From Candidatus Nomurabacteria bacterium (lineage in GTDB: Bacteria > Patescibacteriota > Minisyncoccia > Phycocordibacterales > UBA2100): 64,000 nt of DNA. Below the pieces are notes generated by a model that saw only the letters and a list, made by a program, of their open reading frames with translations, was not told where the DNA came from and searched no databases. The position numbers and the translations under genes are program-made. The DNA lies in NCBI GenBank assembly GCA_943359395.1, contig CALRHH010000003.1:24846-88845 (forward strand), given 5' to 3'. The stretch's first letter is position 1, and every line of letters begins with the position of its first letter. This document shows positions 9,143-17,154 of the stretch, piece after piece.

Positions 9143-9540
9143 GGACAATCGCCGCCGCCATCGCCACCGCCGCCACAATCGCCGCCGCCACAATCGCCGC
9201 CGCCATCGCCCCCACAACTGCCGCCACAATCTCCGCCGCCGCAGGCGGGTACCTCAGGGATTGGGGCGTCTGCATGGGCGATTCCAACTGTGTCGGATGC
9301 CCACGGAGAATACCCCGTCTTCGACGACGAGCCAAAGAGGACCAGAATGAACCCTATTGCCACAAGAAATACCGACGGAAGGTACCTTCCCGACGACTCC
9401 CCACCATTATGTGCATTTTCTGCGGTATCGTTATCGGACATAGAGTTTAATTGTTGCGCAACAATGCAACTATTGTACTCCTCCGTCCCGTCGCTGAAAA
9501 CAGGACGTGTGGATAAAAAGTGCGGGCCATCCGGACGCAT
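9139..9540 (-). CDS. Small membrane protein with one TM helix and a C-terminal Cys/Gly/Asp tail made of imperfect (GGGDC)n repeats. Alternative start at Met34 (ATG 9438-9440) would give ~100 aa.
   Basis: Translation ends ...PACGGGDCGGSCGGDGGGDCGGGDCGGGGDGGGDCP. TM segment YLPSVFLVAIGFILVLF. Encoded by a 15-nt tandem DNA repeat (ACAATCGCCGCCGCC, the reverse complement of GGC GGC GGC GAT TGT). First gene of the coupled operon. Confidence 0.45.
   Translation of the reverse strand: MRPDGPHFLSTRPVFSDGTEEYNSCIVAQQLNSMSDNDTAENAHNGGESSGRYLPSVFLVAIGFILVLFGSSSKTGYSPWASDTVGIAHADAPIPEVPACGGGDCGGSCGGDGGGDCGGGDCGGGGDGGGDCP
9145..9245. repeat. Imperfect 15-nt tandem repeat (~6 units) encoding the GGGDC pentapeptide repeat on the minus strand.
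   Basis: Units acaatcgccgccgcc / atcgccaccgccgcc read directly. Produces spurious Arg/His-rich ORFs in the other frames. Confidence 0.8.
9449..9464. promoter_or_regulatory. Perfect 16-bp palindrome ATTGTTGCGCAACAAT between the ArsR-family gene and the divergent operon. Candidate operator.
   Basis: Read directly. Lies 8 nt upstream of the Met34 ATG of the small GGGDC gene and ~115 bp from the ArsR start. ArsR/SmtB-family repressors typically bind imperfect 12-2-12 inverted repeats near their divergent targets. Confidence 0.35.
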
Positions 9541-9577
9541 TGCGAGAGCGCATAAATAGTTGCATACTTCAGAAACT

Positions 9578-9880
9578 ATGAAGATCCGTCGACCGCTCCC
9601 CCGCTCCGCCTATGAGAGGAACGCGGAAACGTACAAGATATTGGCAAATTCAAAACGTCTGGAGATTTTAAATTTGCTTCGCGAACAGGAAATGGCCGTG
9701 CAAGATTTAGTGAAGATTCTCAAAATATCGAAGGCAAATGTGTCCCAGCACTTAGCGTTGCTCCGCCACGAGAAGTTGGTCACGGTGCGGCGGAAAGGAT
9801 TGAATGCGTATTACAATATTGTGGACCCGCGGATAGTAGAACCGTGCCGTATTCTTTACCAGCTTTTCCAAAAATCGTAG
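9578..9880 (+). CDS. ArsR/SmtB-family winged-helix transcriptional regulator, divergent from the GGGDC-ligase operon.
   Basis: HTH region LANSKRLEILNLLREQEMAVQDLVKILKISKANVSQHLALLRHEKLVTVRRKG matches the ArsR family pattern (..R..IL..L...E..V.EL.......Q..VSHHL..L...GLV...R.G). The Cys/His metal-sensing motifs of metal-responsive members (ELCVCDL, DxHx10H) are absent. ATG at 9578 preferred over TTG at 9560. Confidence 0.7.
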   Translation: MKIRRPLPRSAYERNAETYKILANSKRLEILNLLREQEMAVQDLVKILKISKANVSQHLALLRHEKLVTVRRKGLNAYYNIVDPRIVEPCRILYQLFQKS

Positions 9881-10046
9881 CGAGTGTACGTCGTGCGTAC
9901 GGAAATTGGAATGCTCTCACATAAGTGTCCACACCCACCGTCTTGTTTTTGCATGAAAGCGCAGTTGATGCGTTGTCTGTCACGGACATAAGAACATGGT
10001 ACAGTGCATACATCAGAAAAAGTAATTCTTCATACGCCCAAAATCT

Positions 10047-10742
10047 ATGTTTTTTAGAGATATCTTTAGCCGGACTCGTCACTCGATTCGCAGATTGAAG
10101 CCTCCGGTTCTGTATAGTGCGGTTGTAGATACAAGTAACTACACGTTGCTGGCAATCGGGACGTACACCCCCGCTTTACTTTTTTTGAACGAGTCGACGA
10201 TGGACACAGAGTATGTGCCGAGTGCGACGCTCGCCGACGACGTACTTCTTGTAATCAAGCCGGGACCCCGCGCGTATCCGGAGTTGTCGTGGGACAGCTC
10301 TAAGCGGACATTTAAGAAAACGAATCCCGCTATTGTCACAGAAGATATGCGGGAGCGCGCAGTGTTTGCTTCCCGGAAGGCACAGGCGATTGCGCAAGTT
10401 ATCCGAATGATAAATCGCTTCAGGAGCAGGATAAGCACTGGTTTTTTATTCCAAGAGGTTATCTATGCCGAGAAGGAAAGACAGGCCCGGGGCCTGAAAG
10501 ATGCAGGCTTTGCAGAAAAAAGTGGGGCCGAAGCTCCATACGTCGTCCAGTATGCCGACTTCTGCGGAATTCCGCTCCGGCAAGCGGCCGAGGAAATATT
10601 GCTTCAGGCTCAGCTCGACCACGAGCACCTTGCAAAGACGGAAAAAATACGGCTCGCTCTATTCAAAAAGATACGACTCGCAAAAACAAAGGAGGAGTTG
10701 GACGAAATTATCAACACCTACCGGGACGACGGGGTGGTATGA
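10047..10742 (+). CDS. Hypothetical protein, translationally coupled (ATGA) to the downstream PP-loop gene. True start may be the internal Met (MDTEYV, ~10198).
   Basis: ORF only. No recognisable motifs. 4-nt overlap with the next gene. Confidence 0.3.
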   Translation: MFFRDIFSRTRHSIRRLKPPVLYSAVVDTSNYTLLAIGTYTPALLFLNESTMDTEYVPSATLADDVLLVIKPGPRAYPELSWDSSKRTFKKTNPAIVTEDMRERAVFASRKAQAIAQVIRMINRFRSRISTGFLFQEVIYAEKERQARGLKDAGFAEKSGAEAPYVVQYADFCGIPLRQAAEEILLQAQLDHEHLAKTEKIRLALFKKIRLAKTKEELDEIINTYRDDGVV

Positions 10743-11836
10743 CGCGGCTCATCTACGCCCTCCCTTCAGCGATAGGCACTCCTTCCAACCTCGAACATCC
10801 GGGGATGCGACGCTACTCCTTGTTTTTCAAGCTCTACGGGAATTGGACAATACCGGTCGACAGGACCGGCACCGTCGCCATGCCCGTGAGAACTCTCTCG
10901 CTTTTCCCTATCCCGCAGTTCCGGCCGTTTTCGAAAACATTCGAAGAGCTCTGCGACGAGCGCGCCATACAGGTGCTCGCCGGTGCCGAAAGGCTTTCGA
11001 CTACCATGTACGTACTGTACTCAGGCGGGATAGACAGTACCTGCCTTCTCGTGTCCTTGCTCAAACACGCGACGCCAGAACAAAGGGAACATATCGTCGT
11101 GCTTCTGTCCCATGAGTCCATCGTGGAGAACCCTCGATTTTACGATGAGCATATCCGCGGGAAACTCCGCGTGGGCTCAAGCATTTCATTCACTGAGCTT
11201 ATTGGGGAAGACCGCTACTTGCTCTCCGCCGAGCACAACGACATGGTCATGGGGTCGGAGAAAATCGGAAAAATGATGACGCAGTACGGCCCTGAAAGCA
11301 TTTACCGGCCGTACAACCGGGAGACGGTTGCCGGACTTTTCTCGGCTGTGTTGTCTGGAGATACGGATATGGCTTATTTTTACGTGGATCTCTTCGAGCG
11401 TATACGCGACGTCGCGCCCGTGCCTATAGAAAACAACATGGATTTCCTCTGGTGGGCGAATTTCGTGGTCAAGTGGCAATCATGTTTCCATTACATCCTT
11501 TTGTTCACACCTCCGCGCAACGCGCACAAAGTCACGCAAAAGTATCTCGACAAGCGATTCATTTCTTTCTACAACACCGACGAGTTCCAGTTGTGGAGCA
11601 TGAACAACCCTGACAAACGCATCAAAGACACATGGAAGAGTTACAAGTGGGTGTGCAAGGACATCATTTACAAGTACAACAAGGATGCGGAGTATCGTGA
11701 CAACAAGACAAAAAAAGGCTCGCTTCTTCCTCTCATAGGATTTAATCCTCCATTTCGTTTTATTGCCGAGAATATGCGCTTTAGCAATGACGTACAGTTG
11801 GAAGAATACTTTAGTCCAGTAAATGACTTCACGTAA
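10739..11836 (+). CDS. Second PP-loop ATP pyrophosphatase superfamily protein, paralog-like to 5855-6742.
   Basis: PP-loop motif YVLYSGGIDSTCLLVSL. Start may be internal, since ~95 aa precede the PP-loop. Confidence 0.5.
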   Translation: MTRLIYALPSAIGTPSNLEHPGMRRYSLFFKLYGNWTIPVDRTGTVAMPVRTLSLFPIPQFRPFSKTFEELCDERAIQVLAGAERLSTTMYVLYSGGIDSTCLLVSLLKHATPEQREHIVVLLSHESIVENPRFYDEHIRGKLRVGSSISFTELIGEDRYLLSAEHNDMVMGSEKIGKMMTQYGPESIYRPYNRETVAGLFSAVLSGDTDMAYFYVDLFERIRDVAPVPIENNMDFLWWANFVVKWQSCFHYILLFTPPRNAHKVTQKYLDKRFISFYNTDEFQLWSMNNPDKRIKDTWKSYKWVCKDIIYKYNKDAEYRDNKTKKGSLLPLIGFNPPFRFIAENMRFSNDVQLEEYFSPVNDFT

Positions 11837-11920
11837 GAGGGGCGGCACACTTCTCTCACGTCGCCGTACTATGCGGCAGTCTACTCAGGTCTTCAAGATT
11901 GCCGATGCTATACTTTCCGC

Positions 11921-13450
11921 ATGAAAAAAGATGCGCGTGTACTATTGGCGACACTCGCACTCATTGTCGCCGGCACTTTAGCGCTCAGTGCCCTTCCCGA
12001 AACGCGAGCGAAGCCCAATATAATTCTCATATCAATTGATAGTTTGCGACCCGACCATATGGGAATCTACGGATATTCACGGGAAACTACTCCGTACATT
12101 GACGCCTGGGCAAAAAACTCCGTCGTGCTCGATAACTATTTCGCCGCGGCGTACCTCACTCCCATTTCTGAAACGAGCGTCCACACGGGAAAGTACCCTT
12201 TTACAAACGGCGTCATTAATTTTGAATCCGGACTCTCAAGCGGAACACGCACGCTCGCAGAAATACTTCAAAACAACGGCTGGCAGACTGCCGCATTTGG
12301 CTCATCGCCTGAATTCAGCCGTGAGAGGCCGGCGTTGTTCCGGAATTTCTCGCGGGGATTTGACGTGTATGAGTTTGAAAAAAATGACGCGAATATAGCT
12401 TGGTATGGTAGAGGAAATTCGCCCGTTCCCGATGCTATCGCCTGGATGAATAAGACGGGGGGTTCGGGCGATAAACCTTTTTTTGTCTGGCTCGTCATCG
12501 GTAGTGCCCACTGGCCGTACGGCCAGGATGAGCCGGTGCATTTTAGCGACCCGGAATATGACGGATTCTTCAACGTACCCGCGAAGGCCTTCGAGAGTAC
12601 GTTGGCCGCGCTTTTCAACGGCCGCTACGGTCGTGTATACAACGGCGCTATGTACGACAACGGTAAAATAATCAAAAATGACGCATCGGCAGACCTCAAA
12701 TACATAGTCGACCGTTATGACGATGGCCTCGTCTCGACCGATCGGTCGCTGAAAAATCTTTTCGAATTTCTCAACATGCCGCAGATGCACAACACCATCG
12801 TAATCTTGCAATCGGAACACGGCGAAGACCTGGGAGATCGCGGCACTGTCGCCCATTACGATATTTCAGACGTCACCGTTCATGCGCCGCTCATCATACA
12901 AATGCCAGGGCTTCCCGCACATCGCTCCAGCACTCTCGTTTCAGGCGTTGACCTCGCGCCCACGCTCCTCAGCGCACTCAACCTCGACAGTGAAGCGGCC
13001 GGCATGGACGGAAAAAGCTTTTATCCATTTCTCTCCAGCTCCGAGGGCGTCTCGCGTACTGAAGTGTTTCTCGCCCGGACTCCGTTGTGGGAGAGAGTCA
13101 TTGCTCCACCCGAGCCTTGGCTCGCGCCATTCGTGGCGGAGGACAACATCGAACATTTCTACGATACGGGGATCCGGACGGACGATTGGAAGTTGATACA
13201 CCGGCTCGCGCGAGACGCTATCGCGCAATACTCTTGGTATGGACGTCTTACGGGTGTACCTGTTGTATTACCTGAATATCAGCTCTATGACCTCAAGAAC
13301 GACCCCGAAGAACGAAACGATGTCTATGACACACGTAAGAATGACAACGTGGTGAGTGCCTTGCGGGACAAATTGAACGCGTGGGAGAAAAAGATGAATG
13401 AGTCTTTGCCGAGCTATTCACCTCCTGAGCAAATACAGCCATACTTCTAA
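11921..13450 (+). CDS. Secreted/membrane-anchored sulfatase-family (alkaline-phosphatase superfamily) enzyme. Candidate phospho-transferase (LtaS/EptA/OpgB-like) rather than a true sulfatase.
   Basis: Signal peptide MKKDARVLLATLALIVAGTLALSA. N-terminal IDSLRPDHMGIYGY metal-binding start typical of PF00884-type enzymes. No clear C/S-x-P-x-R formylglycine motif around the TP...TG region. Confidence 0.6.
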   Translation: MKKDARVLLATLALIVAGTLALSALPETRAKPNIILISIDSLRPDHMGIYGYSRETTPYIDAWAKNSVVLDNYFAAAYLTPISETSVHTGKYPFTNGVINFESGLSSGTRTLAEILQNNGWQTAAFGSSPEFSRERPALFRNFSRGFDVYEFEKNDANIAWYGRGNSPVPDAIAWMNKTGGSGDKPFFVWLVIGSAHWPYGQDEPVHFSDPEYDGFFNVPAKAFESTLAALFNGRYGRVYNGAMYDNGKIIKNDASADLKYIVDRYDDGLVSTDRSLKNLFEFLNMPQMHNTIVILQSEHGEDLGDRGTVAHYDISDVTVHAPLIIQMPGLPAHRSSTLVSGVDLAPTLLSALNLDSEAAGMDGKSFYPFLSSSEGVSRTEVFLARTPLWERVIAPPEPWLAPFVAEDNIEHFYDTGIRTDDWKLIHRLARDAIAQYSWYGRLTGVPVVLPEYQLYDLKNDPEERNDVYDTRKNDNVVSALRDKLNAWEKKMNESLPSYSPPEQIQPYF

Positions 13451-13456
13451 CCTGCC

Positions 13457-14914
13457 GTGCTACGATGTGATTCCAATATGAAAACACGCAAAGCATATTC
13501 TCGCGGTTTTTCCGTCGCCTTCGGATTAGCGGCAGTTGCCCTCGTCGCAATTTTCATTTTTGTACTGACCCGGCCGGCGCAGCACCCTGCAGTATGTCCG
13601 GATTGTAATGTGATTATCGTTGGCATTGATACGCTCCGGGCGGACCGGGTGCACGCGTTTGGTTACCAGAGGGAAACGACGCCGAATCTCGACAAGCTCG
13701 CGACAAATGGATACGTCTTTACCAATGCCGTCTCCGCTTCCAGCTGGACCGTTCCGTCTTTCATGTCGATTATGACGAGCGTGTATCCGTCGGTTCACAA
13801 GGTGGTCAATAAATTTTCGACCTTCAATGCGAAAGAGAAGAAAATATCAAATCTCAAAGAACTCTCGCCGCAGATAACGACGCTTGCAGAGGCAATGAGA
13901 AAAGCCGGGTACGCAACCGGCGGATTCACGGGCGATGCCGGGGTTTCCGGTCAATTCGGATACAAAGAGGGGTTCGACGTGTACACCGACGAAAAAGCGT
14001 TCGGCGGCCTTTCAAACAGTGAGGGGCACGCGCTCGGATGGCTCGACTCGCTGCAAAAAGACAAGAAATTCCTCATGTTTTTCCACGGATACGATTTGCA
14101 CGGGCAGTTTGATATACCAATCGACCTGCAGCGCTTCGTTCCCTCAGGGTACCGAGGTTCGCACACCGGTTTGCATGACGACGAAGCGGCGTTGAGGGAG
14201 GCGCAGCTCCACGGACCGCTGTCTTACAACGACGCCGATGTGGAGTTCTGGAATGGTTTATATGACAGCAAGATCCGTGCGGCGGACGAACAACTGGGTC
14301 ATTTTCTCGCGGAGCTCGAAAAGCGCGACGTGCTCAAGAATACCGTAATCATCGTGCTTTCGGATCATGGCGAGGAGTGGTTTGAACACGGCGGCATCGA
14401 CCACGGCCATACACTCTACGATGAACTCGTCCATGTGCCGCTCGTCATACACGTACCCGGCGGCGGCACTGCATCAATACCTGGGCAAATTTCCACTATG
14501 GATGTGGCGCCGACAATCTTCGACATACTCGGCATCATTCCTGATGATGCGTTTAGGAAGCAGGCGTACGGTCAAAGCCTCGTACCTTATTTCTCCGGCA
14601 AAAAAGACGGCCGTGATGTATTCCTTGAGACGGACTACCGCGACGCTATTCATAAACGTGCCGTGCGCAGTGCAGATGGATGGAAATACATCCGTAACAT
14701 GGTGAACGGAGAGGAGGAACTCTACGATTTGAATGCTGATCCTGCGGAGAAACAAAATCTCATTTCATCAAGGCAGAAAAAAGCTGATGATTTGAAGGCA
14801 AAGCTCTTCGCGCACATCACGAATGACCTTCACGCCGACCCTGCGGCTCGTTTTGAAGTAGGGTGTCTGCCGGTCTATCCGACCGAATGTCTCGAGAAAG
14901 CCGTGCTGCAATAA
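13457..14914 (+). CDS. Second membrane-anchored sulfatase-family (alkaline-phosphatase superfamily) enzyme.
   Basis: TM anchor VAFGLAAVALVAIFIFVL. Then IVGIDTLRADRVHAFGY. Putative nucleophile region SSWTVPSFMS has Thr where sulfatases carry Cys/Ser and lacks the Arg of CxPxR, which fits LtaS/EptA-type transferases. Confidence 0.6.
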   Translation: MLRCDSNMKTRKAYSRGFSVAFGLAAVALVAIFIFVLTRPAQHPAVCPDCNVIIVGIDTLRADRVHAFGYQRETTPNLDKLATNGYVFTNAVSASSWTVPSFMSIMTSVYPSVHKVVNKFSTFNAKEKKISNLKELSPQITTLAEAMRKAGYATGGFTGDAGVSGQFGYKEGFDVYTDEKAFGGLSNSEGHALGWLDSLQKDKKFLMFFHGYDLHGQFDIPIDLQRFVPSGYRGSHTGLHDDEAALREAQLHGPLSYNDADVEFWNGLYDSKIRAADEQLGHFLAELEKRDVLKNTVIIVLSDHGEEWFEHGGIDHGHTLYDELVHVPLVIHVPGGGTASIPGQISTMDVAPTIFDILGIIPDDAFRKQAYGQSLVPYFSGKKDGRDVFLETDYRDAIHKRAVRSADGWKYIRNMVNGEEELYDLNADPAEKQNLISSRQKKADDLKAKLFAHITNDLHADPAARFEVGCLPVYPTECLEKAVLQ

Positions 14915-15046
14915 AAGATGCGGCTGCCAAGACTGCCGGAACTCGACCTTCTCAAGCTTTCCCTTGGCTCTTTCGTAGGCCTTATGGAAAACCCCGGAGA
15001 GACGGACGATTTCTTGTCACACGAGGAGCGGATGGTCAATCAATAC

Positions 15047-15080
15047 AAAAACCGCCCGCTGTATGGCGGGCGGTCTTTTG
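15047..15080. terminator. Bidirectional rho-independent terminator (ACCGCCCGC-TGTATG-GCGGGCGGT followed by TCTTTTG) between the convergent sulfatase-like and DctP-like genes.
   Basis: 9-bp GC stem with flanking A-run/T-run read directly. Confidence 0.6.
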
Positions 15081-15097
15081 AAACATGGCGCGACTCA

Positions 15098-16132
15098 CTA
15101 GGAATTTTGAATCCGCTTCACCAAGTCTTTTGAGTTGAAATAGTCGGCATACATATCGTATACCTTTGATGTGATGTCCTTAAACTTCTCTATTTCGCCT
15201 GCCGGCATACGGACAACCTCGACACCCTCGCGCTCACACTGCGAGAGAATATTCGGAATATCTGCAACCGATTCTTTGCGCTCCAAGCGTGCGGCGTTTT
15301 GAGCGGCCTTGACCATGATTTTCTGCGTCTTGCTGTCAAGCGACTGAAAGAAGTCCTGATTTACGATGATGGAGGTGAGGAAGAGGCTGTGCGCTGTATC
15401 ATTGACGTACTTGAACGACTTATTGTGTTCGAGAGGAAATACGCGCACATACGTCGATTCGCCGGCATCAATAACGCCTTCGTCCGCCGCCCTGTTCATC
15501 TCCTCAAGAGGAATTCCTTCGTAATGAGTAGCGCCAAGAAGCTCAAACGTATCGACGGCTATAGGGCTGCGACTGGTGCGAACCCTCATCCCCTTCCAGG
15601 AATCAACCGTGTCGGCTCTGAAATTCGCCGGGACAATGCGGTATCCGCCCGAGTAGGTGAAGCTCATCGCTTTAATGTTGGATTGCTTCGATACACCCGC
15701 TAATAGTTCGGCTCCGATTTCTCCGTCGAGAACAGCGTCCGCATGCTTGTGGTCACGAAACAGGAACGGGAGGTCGAGAGCGTGCAGGTCCTTGTTGTGA
15801 TCGGCAAGCCACGTCGTATAAATATGGCTCATCTCAATTGCACCCGAATCAATAAGCCCGAGCAAGGCATCTTTAGTGATTTTCTTACCGTTGTTGTATT
15901 TCGTTGCATAATCACTGAGCGAGAGAACCTCGATGTCGAATTTTCCACCTGTTTTTTCATTCACCTCTTTGGTGAATCTCTCGGCCACCTTCAGGAAGAG
16001 CCCTATCGGCTCATGCGCTATTACCCAGCGAATTTTTTTGGTCATATTATTTATTCTTAATTTGATAATTGCTGCTAATGAAGTGTTGTTGCACCACCAA
16101 ACAATAGGTCGACAAACGCCTATTGTATACAT
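15098..16132 (-). CDS. DctP-like (TRAP-type) solute-binding protein homolog with no adjacent DctQ/DctM permease. Likely start at MTKKIRW (~16045).
   Basis: N-terminal 'IRWVIAHEPIGLF..AERF...V.E.T.G.F.IEV' and 'GLIDSGAIEMSHIY' resemble the DctP family signatures (W.lahv.....h, qaGaiDm). No obvious signal peptide. Confidence 0.45.
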   Translation of the reverse strand: MYTIGVCRPIVWWCNNTSLAAIIKLRINNMTKKIRWVIAHEPIGLFLKVAERFTKEVNEKTGGKFDIEVLSLSDYATKYNNGKKITKDALLGLIDSGAIEMSHIYTTWLADHNKDLHALDLPFLFRDHKHADAVLDGEIGAELLAGVSKQSNIKAMSFTYSGGYRIVPANFRADTVDSWKGMRVRTSRSPIAVDTFELLGATHYEGIPLEEMNRAADEGVIDAGESTYVRVFPLEHNKSFKYVNDTAHSLFLTSIIVNQDFFQSLDSKTQKIMVKAAQNAARLERKESVADIPNILSQCEREGVEVVRMPAGEIEKFKDITSKVYDMYADYFNSKDLVKRIQNS

Positions 16133-16227
16133 GGTACCCCTTTAGGGAGCTCTATAGAAAATGAACTGTGGATAACAGGCAGAGCATGGCAATAAAGCAA
16201 GCCGCCCACCCCTTCCCCGGAGAACGA

Positions 16228-17067
16228 TCATCCGGCGGCCTCGATATGGAGGGGTCCGCTTATTGCATCCGATGCCCAGTGGAGGCGCAGGTTGGGGTAC
16301 GGACGGGCGACCCACATGCCGCCGATAGGTTCCCACGTCTCGTGTCCGGGATGAAAACCAAAATAAGGCCGGAGCATAACGTTATACGGCGTTCCACCGA
16401 TATCCATCTTCATGGGGGCGATAAACGGCTGGAGGAGCATATGCTGATTCCGCTGAAGTGCTTCCGTTATTTGAGTGCGCGTGGACTTTCCCTTGAGGCC
16501 TCGACCCCAGGTAAACACGTCGTGAGCCTGCATCCCGTTCACCGGTTTTACGGTAAACGATCCGTGCCAAGGCAACATCGCTTCGTCGCTGACTTCTCTC
16601 CACCAGCCGAGCTTGATTCCGTAGGATTTACTATGCCGGTACCACAGCGGCGTGACCGAGCGGGCGGTAAGTAAACCGAACAGTTCTTTGAACCGGGGGT
16701 CGTCTCTACGCATCCCATTACGGATGAAAAGAAGGGCACCGCTTTCTGTCGCCTCGGGAAGGGGTATCTCAGGGAGCCATAGATGCTCGTCTTGAGTAGT
16801 ATTTGGAATAGGACCGACGACGAGCGAAAATGGCGGCCACACCTTTTCTTTAAAATTGGTAAGTGTATTCTTGAAATCAGATGAAACAATCGCCCCGTAA
16901 CCCATACCGATAGGACAGCTTTCTATTTCGTACGAGAGAAAATCCTTTTTGTCGCCGGAGAGAACTCCGTCGAAACGCGCGACGATGCTCGGGACGCCCC
17001 ATTGTGTTTGCGGAAACGTCCCTTCTTGGGGATATACCTTCCCCCATGCATCAAGTGTCGCGACCAT
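16228..17067 (-). CDS. Conserved hypothetical, paralog of 17824-18747. Weak ATP-grasp-like ligase features.
   Basis: Shares extended blocks with its paralog (…QPFIAPMKMDIGGTPYNVMLRPYF…WASDAISGPL). Order of motifs (R.D.V…YE.E.C…K-containing 'FTVKPVNG'… 'LQPFI..M.MDI') is reminiscent of the ATP-grasp fold, but this is not diagnostic. Confidence 0.35.
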   Translation of the reverse strand: MVATLDAWGKVYPQEGTFPQTQWGVPSIVARFDGVLSGDKKDFLSYEIESCPIGMGYGAIVSSDFKNTLTNFKEKVWPPFSLVVGPIPNTTQDEHLWLPEIPLPEATESGALLFIRNGMRRDDPRFKELFGLLTARSVTPLWYRHSKSYGIKLGWWREVSDEAMLPWHGSFTVKPVNGMQAHDVFTWGRGLKGKSTRTQITEALQRNQHMLLQPFIAPMKMDIGGTPYNVMLRPYFGFHPGHETWEPIGGMWVARPYPNLRLHWASDAISGPLHIEAAG

Positions 17068-17154
17068 CTGTTTTGTTACAACAGTAAGGTATGGTGAATG
17101 TGATGTCTGTCGTATAGGAGAATATCCGGCCGGCGTGCGTATATGTGCGGATAT

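Noticed and set aside
9141-9350. Arg/His-rich ORF (+ strand) and the RW-rich N-terminus of the 431-aa minus ORF (to 9229)
   Set aside because: Both are alternative-frame readings of the 15-nt GGGDC-coding tandem repeat, so they are frame artefacts.
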